From an uncultured Ruminococcus sp. (GTDB lineage: Bacteria; Bacillota; Clostridia; Oscillospirales; CAG-382), in the NCBI GenBank assembly GCA_964530795.1, contig CAZHBX010000004.1, positions 5,597 to 69,596 of the forward strand: a stretch of DNA of 64,000 bases, given 5' to 3'. Shown here in pieces: positions 18,962 through 28,926 of this stretch. Position 1 is the first letter of the stretch, and each line of letters starts with the position of its first letter. Position numbers and translations under genes: made by a program. The notes under the pieces were generated by a model. The model had not been told where the DNA came from and made no database searches. It saw only the letters and a list, made by a program, of their open reading frames with translations.

Positions 18962-21214
18962 CTAACAGCTTTTTTGCGAAATTTTCATCTCGTACCGCCC
19001 GTTTTCGGCGCAAAGCAGCACGTCGCAGTCGGTTCCGACGCTCCCGTCAAGGATGCCGCCGCTCACGAGTTCCTCCGCCGCCCGCACCGCCTGCCGTCGA
19101 ACCTCCCGCGCACCGCCCTGTGCCGGGGCATGCGCCTGCGCGCAGGAGAGCGCCTGCGAAAGGAAACTCTCGTCGAACCGTACACCGATGCCCTTCTGCC
19201 GCAGCCGTTCGGCGAAACAGCGCACCCCGCTCCGGGCGACCTGCTCAAGCGCCTCCCGCCCGAGCGGGCGGAACACCGCCAGCTCGTCGACGCGGTCAAC
19301 CAATTCCCGCGAAAGCAGCGCTTCCGCCCGCAGCCGCGCCGCCGTTCCCGCCGCCTCCGGCGACGACGCGAACCCAATGCCAGACGCTCCTTCGCCGAGG
19401 TTGGCGGTCAACACCACCGTCGCGTTGCGAAAGCTGACGGTCAGCCCGGCGGAATCGGTCAGCTTGCCTTCGTCGAGAATCTGCAGCAGCAGCGCCCGCA
19501 CCTCCGGGTGCGCCTTTTCCACCTCGTCGAACAGCACGAGCGAATACGGTTTGCGGCGAATACGCTCGGTCAGGAACCCGCCCTCTCCGTAGCCACTGTA
19601 GCCGGGCGGGGCGCCAATAAGCTTGGAAACGCTGTGCGGCTCGGCGTACTCGGTCATATCCAGCCGCACGAACGAATCTTTCCCGTAGAGCAGCTCGGCA
19701 AGCGCTTTGGCGCAGGCGGTTTTGCCCACGCCGGACGGACCGATCAGCAGGAAGCTGCTCGCCGGTTTCTCCGCCTCCCGCACGCCGGTTCCCGCGCGCC
19801 GCAGGGCGGAACAAATCGCCTCGACCGCGTCGTCCTGCCCGAGGATGCGCTCCTTCAAGCCGGCTTCCAGCCGCCGCAGGCGCTCTGCCTCGCTGTCCTT
19901 AAGCGCCGTGAGCGGAATGCCGGTTTTCTCCTGCGCCGAAGCGGCGATATCCTCCGCCGTCACCGCCGTCCCGCCACGCATCCGCTTGCAGGCGGCCGCT
20001 TCGTCGATCAGGTCAATCGCCTTGTCCGGCAGGAAGCGGTCGCTGATATACCGCGCCGACAGCCGCACCGCACTTTCGAGCGCTTCCGGCAACAGCCGCA
20101 CCCCGTGGAAGCTCTCGTATTTCTCCCGCAGCCCGTACAGGATGCGCAGGCACTCCTCCTCGGTCGGCTCCTCCACCGACACCCGCCGGAATCGTCGATC
20201 GAGCGCGGCGTCCTTTTCGATGCAGCGCTTGTATTCCTTTTGGGTGGTCGCACCGATAAGCTTGATCTCCCCGCGGGCAAGCGAGGGCTTGAGGATGTTC
20301 GACGCGTCGATGGCCCCTTCCGCCGCCCCCGCGCCAACGATGGTGTGCAGCTCGTCGATGAACAGGATGACGTCGTCCGCTTCCCGCACTTCCGCGAGGA
20401 TGCTGCGGATCTTCTCCTCGAATTCCCCGCGATATTTGGTCCCCGCAACGATGGAAGCGAGCTCGAGGCTCATGATCCGCTTGCCGAGCAGCGCCTCCGG
20501 GACCCGGCCCTCCGCAATGCGCGCGGCGACCGACTCGACGATCGCCGTTTTCCCGACCCCCGCCTCCCCGACAAGGCAGGGGTTGTTCTTGGTGCGGCGA
20601 AGCAGGATACTGATGATCTGCTCCTCCTCCTTTTCTCGTCCGACGACCGGGTCGGTGCGCCCGAACAGGGCCTTTTCGGTCAGATTGACCGCGTTTTTAT
20701 CCAGCGTCGGGGTGCTTTTGCGCACCCGTTCGGCTTCGACGCGGTGGTCCTGCCGCACGTCTCCGCCCCGCCCGTAGAGTTCCTCGAGGATATCGAGCAA
20801 TTCGTTCGCGTCCGCGCCGCACCCTTCCGCCAGTCGCTTGCCAACGCATTCCTCCTGCAAAAGCGCCATGAGCAAATGCTCGGTGCCGATAAGCGCGTTT
20901 CGGCCGCCCCCGCGCACCAGCAACGCCGCCCGCATGAGGATGCGCCGGCAAGTCGGGGTCAGGTCCTCGGTTGTAACCGTACTGCGCATCCCGGTTCCGA
21001 CGATGCCGACGATGCGCCTGCGCAGCTCCGACTCCGTCACGCCACGCTCGGTCAGCAGACGCGATGCGGTACACTCCCGTTCCGCGACGATCCCGGCGAG
21101 CAGGTGCTCGCTGCCAATATAGGTATGCCCCAGTTCCTTTGCGAGCGAAAGCGCCGCTCCTAGCGCCCGCTTCGCGCTATCGGAAAATCGTTTGGTCAGG
21201 TCACTCAACTTCAA
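18962..21214 (-). CDS. Clp-family AAA+ ATPase with Clp_N domain and two AAA modules (ClpC/ClpA-like)
   Basis: 750 aa. Clp_N repeats (IGSEHLLAGI, IGTEHLLMAL) and Walker A motifs GEAGVGKT and GPSGVGKT. TTG start with an AAAGGAG RBS. Confidence 0.9.
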   Translation of the reverse strand: MKLSDLTKRFSDSAKRALGAALSLAKELGHTYIGSEHLLAGIVAERECTASRLLTERGVTESELRRRIVGIVGTGMRSTVTTEDLTPTCRRILMRAALLVRGGGRNALIGTEHLLMALLQEECVGKRLAEGCGADANELLDILEELYGRGGDVRQDHRVEAERVRKSTPTLDKNAVNLTEKALFGRTDPVVGREKEEEQIISILLRRTKNNPCLVGEAGVGKTAIVESVAARIAEGRVPEALLGKRIMSLELASIVAGTKYRGEFEEKIRSILAEVREADDVILFIDELHTIVGAGAAEGAIDASNILKPSLARGEIKLIGATTQKEYKRCIEKDAALDRRFRRVSVEEPTEEECLRILYGLREKYESFHGVRLLPEALESAVRLSARYISDRFLPDKAIDLIDEAAACKRMRGGTAVTAEDIAASAQEKTGIPLTALKDSEAERLRRLEAGLKERILGQDDAVEAICSALRRAGTGVREAEKPASSFLLIGPSGVGKTACAKALAELLYGKDSFVRLDMTEYAEPHSVSKLIGAPPGYSGYGEGGFLTERIRRKPYSLVLFDEVEKAHPEVRALLLQILDEGKLTDSAGLTVSFRNATVVLTANLGEGASGIGFASSPEAAGTAARLRAEALLSRELVDRVDELAVFRPLGREALEQVARSGVRCFAERLRQKGIGVRFDESFLSQALSCAQAHAPAQGGAREVRRQAVRAAEELVSGGILDGSVGTDCDVLLCAENGRYEMKISQKSC

Positions 21215-21309
21215 GCATTCTCCTTTCGACCGGCCTCCGCGCCATCCCAGCGCAAAAGCCGCGATGTTACATCCTATGAAAAAAATTTGAAAAGGTTCCG
21301 TTTACCCCC

Positions 21310-21338
21310 TTTACTTCTCGGTTCGTTTCCGCTATAAT
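21310..21338 (+). promoter_or_regulatory. sigma-A-type promoter
   Basis: TTTACT, 17 nt, TATAAT (21333-21338), about 155 nt upstream of ATG 21494. Confidence 0.35.
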
Positions 21339-21493
21339 AATGTCTGCTGAACGAATCGTCTTACGATTTATGATTTCGATGCAGCCATTCCTGCACTTGA
21401 AAAAGCCATCGCGCCTTGAAATCCTTGGCTTTCAGAGCTTCCGGCTTTGTTCAGTACGCATTTTTTAATATAAAAGCAGAAGGGGGCAAAGCC

Positions 21494-22246
21494 ATGCCCG
21501 CATCCGGCAAACCGCGCACCGCGCAGCCCGGCAAATCCGCGCAGGGAAAGCCCGCGCAGAAAAAGCGCTCACTATCCGCAGGGGAGAAACGGGGCGCACA
21601 GCTCCTGCTCGCCATTCTCACGGTCGCGCTGGTTCTCTATGTCATCGCCGTGTTGATTATCGCCGGCTTTCTCTGGTATTCATTCGGCACGACGCCGAAA
21701 AATACCACGCTTTACAAATTGCAGGTCCTCGAGAGCGACGGGAAAACCAAAGTCGAGACTTATTCGGTCAACCAGGCGAACAACCGCTATGGGCTCTACA
21801 TTCCCTACTCCATTCTCGCCGAGCCCTGCTCGTTCGGCGTGGCGGGAGACGGCGAACAGGTCACGCTGTTCCTCCCGGGCCCCGAAGGGGAAATGGGCAG
21901 CATCCTGTGCAGCCGGGATTCCTCCCTCATTCGCATCAACGGCAGCCCGGTCCGACTCGCGTCCCCGGTCCTGTTCGAAGGGGAGGACTACCTGCTCCCG
22001 GTTTCCCTGCTGGAGAACTACATAACCGGCCTGACCGTGCGGTACAACGATGAGGAGAAACTCTGCAGCGTCACCCTGCCGAAGACCCCCGTTTTCGAAC
22101 TTAAGCAGCACCGTCCGACGCCGTCCGACCCCTGCACGGACGAACAGCTCACCCTCGCCGAGCGCGGCTCTTCGCAGACCCCGGACACCTCGGGTGACGT
22201 TTCGTCTGACACGTCGAGTCCCGCCCCCGACGATGGGAACGCATAA
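21494..22246 (+). CDS. hypothetical membrane-anchored protein with S/T/D/P-rich tail
   Basis: ATG 21494 has an AGAAGGGGG RBS. A basic N-terminus is followed by the TM helix LLLAILTVALVLYVIAVLIIAGFLWY. The extracytoplasmic domain loosely resembles a copper amine oxidase N-terminal-like fold. Confidence 0.7.
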   Translation: MPASGKPRTAQPGKSAQGKPAQKKRSLSAGEKRGAQLLLAILTVALVLYVIAVLIIAGFLWYSFGTTPKNTTLYKLQVLESDGKTKVETYSVNQANNRYGLYIPYSILAEPCSFGVAGDGEQVTLFLPGPEGEMGSILCSRDSSLIRINGSPVRLASPVLFEGEDYLLPVSLLENYITGLTVRYNDEEKLCSVTLPKTPVFELKQHRPTPSDPCTDEQLTLAERGSSQTPDTSGDVSSDTSSPAPDDGNA

Positions 22247-22264
22247 AAAAATCTGCTAAGACTC

Positions 22265-22293
22265 TTGACAAGGCGCTTTGGTTGTGCTATGCT
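22265..22293 (+). promoter_or_regulatory. sigma-A-type promoter of the rubredoxin gene
   Basis: TTGACA, 17 nt, then TGC-TATGCT as an extended -10. Confidence 0.45.
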
Positions 22294-22329
22294 ATGGCGT
22301 AAATGATTACGCAGGAAAGGATTGCCAAT

Positions 22330-22491
22330 ATGAAATACGTTTGCGAACTTTGCGGCTGGGAATACGACGAGGAGGTCGGCTCCCCGGACAACGGCATCGA
22401 ACCGGGCACCAGCTTTGAAGATCTGCCGGAGGACTTTGTCTGCCCGCTCTGCGGCGCCGGCAAGGAAGATTTCGAGAAGGCGGAAGGCTAA
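22330..22491 (+). CDS. rubredoxin
   Basis: 53 aa. [15 protein letters not shown]...[13 protein letters not shown], with two CxxC pairs. Confidence 0.9.
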   Translation: MKYVCELCGWEYDEEVGSPDNGIEPGTSFEDLPEDFVCPLCGAGKEDFEKAEG

Positions 22492-22581
22492 AAAGCCAAA
22501 GGAAAGCGAAGGGAAAGGCCGTTCGCGCCTTTCCCCTTTTTCTTTCATGCCCTTCGGCAAAATTTGACAGGAGGTTTCGGA

Positions 22582-24171
22582 ATGCCCGAAAAACCGCTCT
22601 ACACAAAGCGGGAACGGCTGCTGCTCGCGGTCCTTCTTTGCATCCTGCTCGCCGCCTACGCGCTTGTCGGGACGAAAAAGACCTATCTGCACATGGACGA
22701 GGCGTACTCCCTCGGCCTTTGCCAGTATGACCGCGTCAGCCTGACGGACAACCCGGATTTCTACGACGTCTGGCACGACGGGGACTACTATGCCGACTTC
22801 CTGTCCGTCGACGAGAGTCAGACCGGTGATCTGCGCCCGGTCTACGTCAACCAGCGCGACGATGTGCATCCCCCGCTCTACTACCTGCTGCTGCGGCTGT
22901 TTCTGGAATGCAACGCGGGGCGGGTTTCGTTCTGGCCGGGGATCCTTCTCAACCTGCTGCTGCAGATCCCAACGGTGCTGCTGCTTTACGCGGTCTGCAA
23001 GCGGCTGTTCGCCCGTCCGGAAACCGCCTTCGTCTTCACCGCGCTCGCGTCCCTTACGATGGCGGCCTTCTCGTCGGTGGTCTTCATCCGTATGTATACC
23101 CTAACCGGGGTCTGGGTTCTGCTGACACTCTGGCTGCACCTGCGCGTCGGCGAACGGGAGGCGCTCTACCCGCTCCTGCCCGCCGTCGGGCTTACCGCCC
23201 TGTGCGGATCTCTGACGCATTACTACTACCTGCTCTTCCTCGCTCCGCTGGCCCTGCTGACCGTCGTGCGGCTCGCGCGGGAAAAGCGGAAACAGGAGCT
23301 CGTCTTCTACCTGCTGACGCTCATCGCCGCCGGGGCCGCGTCCCTCGCGGTCTTTCCGTACGCGCTCGTGCACCTGTTCTTCGGCTACCGCGGACAGGGG
23401 GCGCTGAAAAGCCTGCTTCACCCGCTGAAATGTATCAATAAGCTCGCGTCCTCCTTCTGGATACTGGATCGGTTTGCGTTCGACCGCACGCTGTTTCTGA
23501 TGATCCTCATCGGTATTGGCTGCGTGATTTACGCCCATAAACGCGGGATCAAGCGAAGAATTCCGGTCTTCCCGCAGGAAAAAGCGTTTCAGACCGTCAT
23601 GCTCCCGGTCGCCTGCTATACCCTGCTCGTCGCCCTCGTTTCTCCCTATGCGACGCTGCGGTACTTCCTGCCGGTGTGCGGGCTGCTGACCGTTCTGGTT
23701 GTCTATACATTTGTCCGGCTGTTTGCCGGCGTTCTGAAGCCGCAAACCGCCTGCATCCTGCTCTCCCTGCTGCTGGTCCTGTCCGTCACGGTTCCCGCCG
23801 CCGCAGGGGACGAGCCGGAGACGCTGTTCACCGAACGGCGGGAAATTGTTTCACAGCTTAAAAACGAATACAACCTGCCCGCCGTCTACTGTATGCGTTC
23901 GGACTGCGAGCGGTTCCTTGACGACGTGTACCTGTTCACCCTGCTCGACGACTCCTATGTCACCCGCGACCCCGCCTGCACGGAGGAAACGTTCCGGGAG
24001 ATCTTCGCCGGTAAGGACACGACCGGCGGGGTGCTGGTGTTCCTGTACGAGAAGGAGGAGGCCCCCTTCCTGCAGACGGTGCGGGACGCCTTCGGCTTTT
24101 CCGAGTGTCGCCTGCTTGCCGAACTGAATTCCTACCGCGTCTACTACGTCGGGAACGGAATCGAGGAATAA
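22582..24171 (+). CDS. GT-C fold glycosyltransferase (family 39 / ArnT-PMT-like) membrane protein
   Basis: Start at ATG 22582 (ACAGGAGG RBS), inside the 535-aa track ORF that opens at 22564. Has a DE motif in the first loop (YLHMDEAYSLG), DVHPPLYYLLLRLF, and more than 10 TM segments. Confidence 0.75.
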   Translation: MPEKPLYTKRERLLLAVLLCILLAAYALVGTKKTYLHMDEAYSLGLCQYDRVSLTDNPDFYDVWHDGDYYADFLSVDESQTGDLRPVYVNQRDDVHPPLYYLLLRLFLECNAGRVSFWPGILLNLLLQIPTVLLLYAVCKRLFARPETAFVFTALASLTMAAFSSVVFIRMYTLTGVWVLLTLWLHLRVGEREALYPLLPAVGLTALCGSLTHYYYLLFLAPLALLTVVRLAREKRKQELVFYLLTLIAAGAASLAVFPYALVHLFFGYRGQGALKSLLHPLKCINKLASSFWILDRFAFDRTLFLMILIGIGCVIYAHKRGIKRRIPVFPQEKAFQTVMLPVACYTLLVALVSPYATLRYFLPVCGLLTVLVVYTFVRLFAGVLKPQTACILLSLLLVLSVTVPAAAGDEPETLFTERREIVSQLKNEYNLPAVYCMRSDCERFLDDVYLFTLLDDSYVTRDPACTEETFREIFAGKDTTGGVLVFLYEKEEAPFLQTVRDAFGFSECRLLAELNSYRVYYVGNGIEE

Positions 24172-24213
24172 AAATACGGTGCAAGGCCCGTCCTGCGGCC
24201 CTGCGCCGTATTT
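24172..24213. terminator. bidirectional hairpin between convergent genes
   Basis: AATACGGTGC...GCGCCGTATT, flanked by an A-run and a T-run. Confidence 0.5.
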
Positions 24214-24234
24214 CTTTGTTTCTTTTACGGACTT

Positions 24235-25101
24235 TTACAGCTTAATGAGCTCATATTCCCGCGTGCCGAAGTTGAGGGAGGCGGCCGCTTCAATCGTGTG
24301 CGCCCCATGGCGGCTCTCCACGCGCTCTAAGAAATGCTTCTGCCCCGGGTCGTCCGTCGCCGCGTAGACCAAATCGAGGCACGCCTGGTCGATCGCGATC
24401 GGATCGTCCGACGCGAGGACGCCCACGTCCCGCATACACGGATCCTCCGCGACCGCGCAGCAGTCGCAGTCCACCGACAGGTTCTTCATCACGTTGATAT
24501 ACAGTAGGTTCCCGCTGAAGAACCCGACGACCGAAGACGCCGCGTCCGCCATGGACTCTAGAAACGAATCATGGTCCGCCGTCCAGATATCCGCCGGAAC
24601 GCCCGCCCCGTGGATATACGCCTTGCCGTAGGACGAGGCGACGCCGATGGAAAGCTGCTTGAGCGCTCCGCCGTACCCGCCCATCGGGTGTCCCTTGAAA
24701 TGGGACAGAACCAGCATGGAGTCGTAGTTCTTCAGATGCTTCCCGACAAAATTCTTTTGGATGACCCTCCCGTTCGGGATGGCAAGCTCCAGGTCCGGTC
24801 CCTCCGCGTCCATTAGGTCGAACGGGAAATCCTGATCCCACCTGTGCAGCCGAATGACCTTGCGGTGCTTTTCGGTGGTATTGCGTTCGCCGTCATAGGC
24901 GGTGTTGCACTCGACGACCGTCCCGCCGGCCGCATCGACGACCGGCTTCCAAAAATCCGGGTGCAGGAAGTTCTGATTGCCGGCCTCCCCGGAATGCACC
25001 TTGATTGCCACCTTTCCCGGAAGGGTTTTCCCCAGCGCCCGGTATAGCTCCAACACCTTTTCCGGCGTAATTTCCTTCGAAAAATAGACCTTTGCGCTCA
25101 T
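24235..25101 (-). CDS. DUF362 domain-containing protein
   Basis: 288 aa from ATG 25101. MSAKVYFSKEI...KVHSGEAGN...SHFKGH...DCDCC is typical of DUF362. Confidence 0.8.
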   Translation of the reverse strand: MSAKVYFSKEITPEKVLELYRALGKTLPGKVAIKVHSGEAGNQNFLHPDFWKPVVDAAGGTVVECNTAYDGERNTTEKHRKVIRLHRWDQDFPFDLMDAEGPDLELAIPNGRVIQKNFVGKHLKNYDSMLVLSHFKGHPMGGYGGALKQLSIGVASSYGKAYIHGAGVPADIWTADHDSFLESMADAASSVVGFFSGNLLYINVMKNLSVDCDCCAVAEDPCMRDVGVLASDDPIAIDQACLDLVYAATDDPGQKHFLERVESRHGAHTIEAAASLNFGTREYELIKL

Positions 25102-25187
25102 GTGTCCGTCCCCTTTGCATTTTTTACTTCTTACGTTCAGCATACCACGCCCCGGCAATTTTGTCAAGAAAAATTCGCCGAACGGAT

Positions 25188-25216
25188 TTGACATTTCCCG
25201 CAAAATGGTGTATACT
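25188..25216 (+). promoter_or_regulatory. sigma-A-type promoter of the ABC exporter operon
   Basis: TTGACA, 17 nt, TATACT, located 35 nt upstream of ATG 25252. Confidence 0.5.
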
Positions 25217-25251
25217 GAATCGGATTGTAGAAACCGAGGTGATTTACCCGG

Positions 25252-26979
25252 ATGAAGTTCCTCTACCGCTACCTGCGGCCGTTTGGAAAGACGATGCTGC
25301 TTGGATTATCGATCAAGTGCTTCGGTACGCTCATCGAGCTCGCCCTGCCGTACATCCTCAGCCACATCGTCGACGAGGTCGTCCCGAACGACGGGCGGCT
25401 GAGCATGATCCTCCTATGGGGGGCCGCGATGGTGCTGTGCGCCCTGCTCGCGATGCTCGCGAACGTAAAGGCGAACCGCATGGCGTCCCGCGTCGCACGA
25501 GACGGCGCGGAAAAGATCCGACACGACCTGTTCCACCGCACGATGACCCTCTCCGCCAGCCAGATCGACGCGTTTACCATCCCGTCGCTGGAGGCCCGCA
25601 TCACCACCGACACCTACAACGTTCACGCCTTCATCGGGCAGATGCAGCGGCTCGGGGTCCGCGCCCCGCTGCTGCTGGTCGGGGGCATTTTCGTTACGTT
25701 GATCATGGACCCGTTCCTGTCGCTGATCATGCTGGCGATCATGCCGATGATCTTCGGCGCGGTCTACCTTGTTTCCCGCTTCGGATCGCGGCTTTACGCC
25801 GTCGTGCAGCGCTCGGTTGACGGGATGATCCGCGTCGTCCGCGAGGACGCGCAGGGCATTCGGGTCATCAAGGCGCTCTCCCGGGTCAAACGGGAGCACG
25901 AGCGCTACGACGCGGTCAACCGTCGCCTTGTGAAGGACGAGCGCCGCGCCGGACTGACGATGGGGTTCGTCAACCCGATCATGAACCTATTGATGAATCT
26001 CGGCATCACGTTCGTCATGCTGCTCGGCGCCTACCGCGTCATCGGCGGACAAACCGCCCCGGGGCGCATCATCGCCTTCACGCAGTACTTCACCATGATT
26101 TCCAACGCCACGCTCTCGGTCACCCGCATCTTCATGATCTACACCAAGAGCGCGGCGTCCGCCCGCCGCATTGCCGAGGTCGTTGACGCCCCGAAGGACC
26201 TTGCCGTCCTGCCGGAGAGCGATTTTCCGCCCCGCGAGGGCGAGCCATACATCGTTTTCGACGACGTTTCCTTTTCCTATCTTCCCGGCAAGCCGCTGAT
26301 CGAACACCTGTCCTTTTCCCTGCAAAAAGGGCAGACGCTCGGGATCATCGGCTCGACCGGCAGCGGAAAAACCACCCTCACCCACCTGCTCATGCGTTTT
26401 TACGACGTAAACGGCGGGGCCATCCGCATCGGCGGGAAGGACGTCCGCACGATCCCGGAGGAAACGTTACACACGCTCTTCGGCGTCGCCATGCAGAACG
26501 ATTTCCTCTACGCGGACACGATCCGCGAGAATATCCGCTTCGGGCGGGACCTGCCGGACGAGGCCATCGTCCGCGCCGCGAGGATCGCGCAGGCAGACCC
26601 GTTCATCTCCGCCCTGCCGGACGGTTATGACCATGTCCTCGCGCAGAAGGGCGCGAACCTCTCAGGCGGGCAGAAACAGCGGCTGCTGATCTCCCGCGCC
26701 CTCGCCGCGAATCCGGAGATCCTCATCCTCGACGATTCCTCTTCCGCGCTGGACTACCGCACGGACGCGAACCTGCGCGCCGCCATCGCGAAGGAGGTCA
26801 CCAGCGTCACGTCAGTCATTGTGGCGCAGCGGGTCAGTTCGGTCATGAACGCCGACCTGATCCTCGTGCTCGAGGACGGCATGCTCATCGGCATGGGCAG
26901 GCACGCGGAATTGCTCGAAACCTGCGAAATCTATAAGGAGATCAGCGACTCGCAGATGGGGGGTGCGATCCTTGACTGA
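25252..26979 (+). CDS. ABC transporter permease/ATP-binding protein (exporter half-transporter)
   Basis: 575 aa. A 6-TM domain followed by an NBD with GSTGSGKTT, LSGGQKQR and ILILDDSSSALD. Confidence 0.9.
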   Translation: MKFLYRYLRPFGKTMLLGLSIKCFGTLIELALPYILSHIVDEVVPNDGRLSMILLWGAAMVLCALLAMLANVKANRMASRVARDGAEKIRHDLFHRTMTLSASQIDAFTIPSLEARITTDTYNVHAFIGQMQRLGVRAPLLLVGGIFVTLIMDPFLSLIMLAIMPMIFGAVYLVSRFGSRLYAVVQRSVDGMIRVVREDAQGIRVIKALSRVKREHERYDAVNRRLVKDERRAGLTMGFVNPIMNLLMNLGITFVMLLGAYRVIGGQTAPGRIIAFTQYFTMISNATLSVTRIFMIYTKSAASARRIAEVVDAPKDLAVLPESDFPPREGEPYIVFDDVSFSYLPGKPLIEHLSFSLQKGQTLGIIGSTGSGKTTLTHLLMRFYDVNGGAIRIGGKDVRTIPEETLHTLFGVAMQNDFLYADTIRENIRFGRDLPDEAIVRAARIAQADPFISALPDGYDHVLAQKGANLSGGQKQRLLISRALAANPEILILDDSSSALDYRTDANLRAAIAKEVTSVTSVIVAQRVSSVMNADLILVLEDGMLIGMGRHAELLETCEIYKEISDSQMGGAILD

Positions 26980-28756
26980 ATCGAAAAAACGGACCGGGGC
27001 GCATCTATTCCCGCGCCTGTTCGGCTACCTGCTGCAAAACTGGCCGCTCGCCCTGCCGGCCGTTGCCTGCTCTCTGCTCGCGAACTACCTCGCCCTGCTC
27101 GGCCCGCAGTACCTTGGGAGGGGCATCGACGCGATTAGCCTCGAAACCGGGGTACAGTTGGACGTAGTCTGGGAGAACTTCTGGCGGATGCTGCTCTGCT
27201 ACGGTTGTTCGGCGGTGCTCGCCTATCTGCTGACCTTCTTAATGACCCACCTCAGTCAACGCATCACCTACCGTATGCGCAAGCAACTGTTCGAAACGCT
27301 CACAACCCTGCCGGTCTCCTATTTCGACACCCACCCGACCGGCGACATCGTCAGCCGCATCTCCTATGATATCGACACGGTCAACTCCACTCTGTCGACC
27401 GACCTCGTGCAGGTGCTGTCGAGTCTCTTTACAGTATTCGGTTCGCTCTACTTCATGGTCCGCATCTCCCCGCCGATGCTGCTGGTGTTCGCCGTGACCC
27501 TGCCGATCTCCATTCTATTCACCCGGCTGAAGGCCAAGAAACTCCAACCGCTGTTCCGCAAGCGCTCCCGTAAGCTCGGCGAGCTCAACGGTTACGCGGA
27601 GGAAATGCTTTCCGGCGCGAAAACCATCGGCGCCTATCACCAGTCCGAAACCGTCACCGGGCGGTTCGACGAACGCAACCTCGACGCGGTCAACGCCTAC
27701 TACAACGCCGATTACTACGGCGCCATCATCGGCCCTTCGGTCAACTTCGTCAACAATCTGTCCCTTTCGCTCGTGATGATCTTCGGGGGCATACTGTTCC
27801 TGCTGTCCGGCAATGGGACGGTCAAAACGGGGTCGATCTGGTTCATGACCGCCGGCGGGATCGCCGAATTCGTCATGTACTCACGCAAGTTCGCAGGGCC
27901 TATCAACGAGTTCGCCAACGTCATCAGCGAATTCCAGTCCGCCTTTACCGCCGCCGAGCGTATCTTCCGCATCATCGACGAGAAGCCGGAAGCACCGGAC
28001 CGCCCGGACGCATCTGTGCTATCCGATGTGCGCGGAGAGGTCGTCGCGAAGAACATCTTCTTCGGTTACTCGCCGGAAAAAACCATCCTGCACAACCTTT
28101 CCTTCGCCGCCATGCCCGGAAAGACCATCGCCATCGTCGGGCCGACCGGCGCGGGAAAGACCACAATCATCAACCTGCTTATGCGCTTCTACGACGCGGA
28201 CAGCGGGGAGATCACGGTCGACGGGAAGGAGGTGCGCGACCTGACGAGGGACAGCCTGCGACTCGCGTACACGATGGTCCTACAGGACACATGGCTCTTC
28301 TACGGTACGATTTTTGAAAACATCACCTACGGTCGCGAGGGCGCGAGCATGGAGGAGGTCGTGCAGGCGGCTAAGACCGCCGGGATCCATTCCTTCATCG
28401 AGCGGCTGCCGCAGGGGTACGAGACCGTCCTATCCGATGACGGAGTCAACATCTCCAAAGGGCAAAAGCAGCTGTTGACCATCGCCCGGGCCATGCTCCC
28501 GGCGAGCCGGATGCTTATCCTCGACGAAGCGACCTCCAACGTCGACTCCCGCACCGAGCGCAAGATTCAAAACGCCATGTCCGCGCTCATGCAGGGGCGG
28601 ACCTGCTTCATCATCGCCCACCGCCTCTCCACGATCCAGAATGCCGACCTTATCCTCGTCGTCCGGGACGGCGACGTCGTCGAGCGCGGCACCCACGAGG
28701 AGCTGCTGCGGCAGAACGGCTTCTACGCCTCCCTCTACCGCTCGCAGTTCTCGTAA
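26963..28756 (+). CDS. ABC transporter permease/ATP-binding protein (partner half-transporter)
   Basis: 597 aa. NBD with GPTGAGKTT, ISKGQKQL and [12 protein letters not shown]. Overlaps the upstream gene. The start may be TTG 26972 instead of GTG 26963. Confidence 0.9.
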   Translation: MRSLTESKKRTGAHLFPRLFGYLLQNWPLALPAVACSLLANYLALLGPQYLGRGIDAISLETGVQLDVVWENFWRMLLCYGCSAVLAYLLTFLMTHLSQRITYRMRKQLFETLTTLPVSYFDTHPTGDIVSRISYDIDTVNSTLSTDLVQVLSSLFTVFGSLYFMVRISPPMLLVFAVTLPISILFTRLKAKKLQPLFRKRSRKLGELNGYAEEMLSGAKTIGAYHQSETVTGRFDERNLDAVNAYYNADYYGAIIGPSVNFVNNLSLSLVMIFGGILFLLSGNGTVKTGSIWFMTAGGIAEFVMYSRKFAGPINEFANVISEFQSAFTAAERIFRIIDEKPEAPDRPDASVLSDVRGEVVAKNIFFGYSPEKTILHNLSFAAMPGKTIAIVGPTGAGKTTIINLLMRFYDADSGEITVDGKEVRDLTRDSLRLAYTMVLQDTWLFYGTIFENITYGREGASMEEVVQAAKTAGIHSFIERLPQGYETVLSDDGVNISKGQKQLLTIARAMLPASRMLILDEATSNVDSRTERKIQNAMSALMQGRTCFIIAHRLSTIQNADLILVVRDGDVVERGTHEELLRQNGFYASLYRSQFS

Positions 28757-28881
28757 AAATTCATCGAAAAGGCAGGTTTTTCGGTACCGCGTCCTTTTGC
28801 TCGACGCCCTCTCGCTCCGCATCGTCTGCAACGACGTCTCCATCGGAAACCCCGGCTGGATGCTCTCGTAAAAGAACAAGC

Positions 28882-28919
28882 AAAAGGTTCCGGAAGGAAT
28901 TGCTTTCCGGGACCTTTTT
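28882..28919. terminator. bidirectional hairpin between convergent genes
   Basis: AAAAGGTTCCGGAA-9 nt-TTCCGGGACCTTTT. Confidence 0.55.
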
Positions 28920-28926
28920 GACGATT

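Noticed and set aside
18974-21163. 729-aa plus-strand ORF
   Set aside because: It lies exactly antisense to the Clp ATPase gene. Its composition is R/P/A/G-rich with no motifs. This is a typical high-GC shadow ORF.
21215-21330. Search for a CtsR operator (tandem GGTCAAA repeat) upstream of the Clp ATPase gene
   Set aside because: No such direct repeat was seen on either strand.
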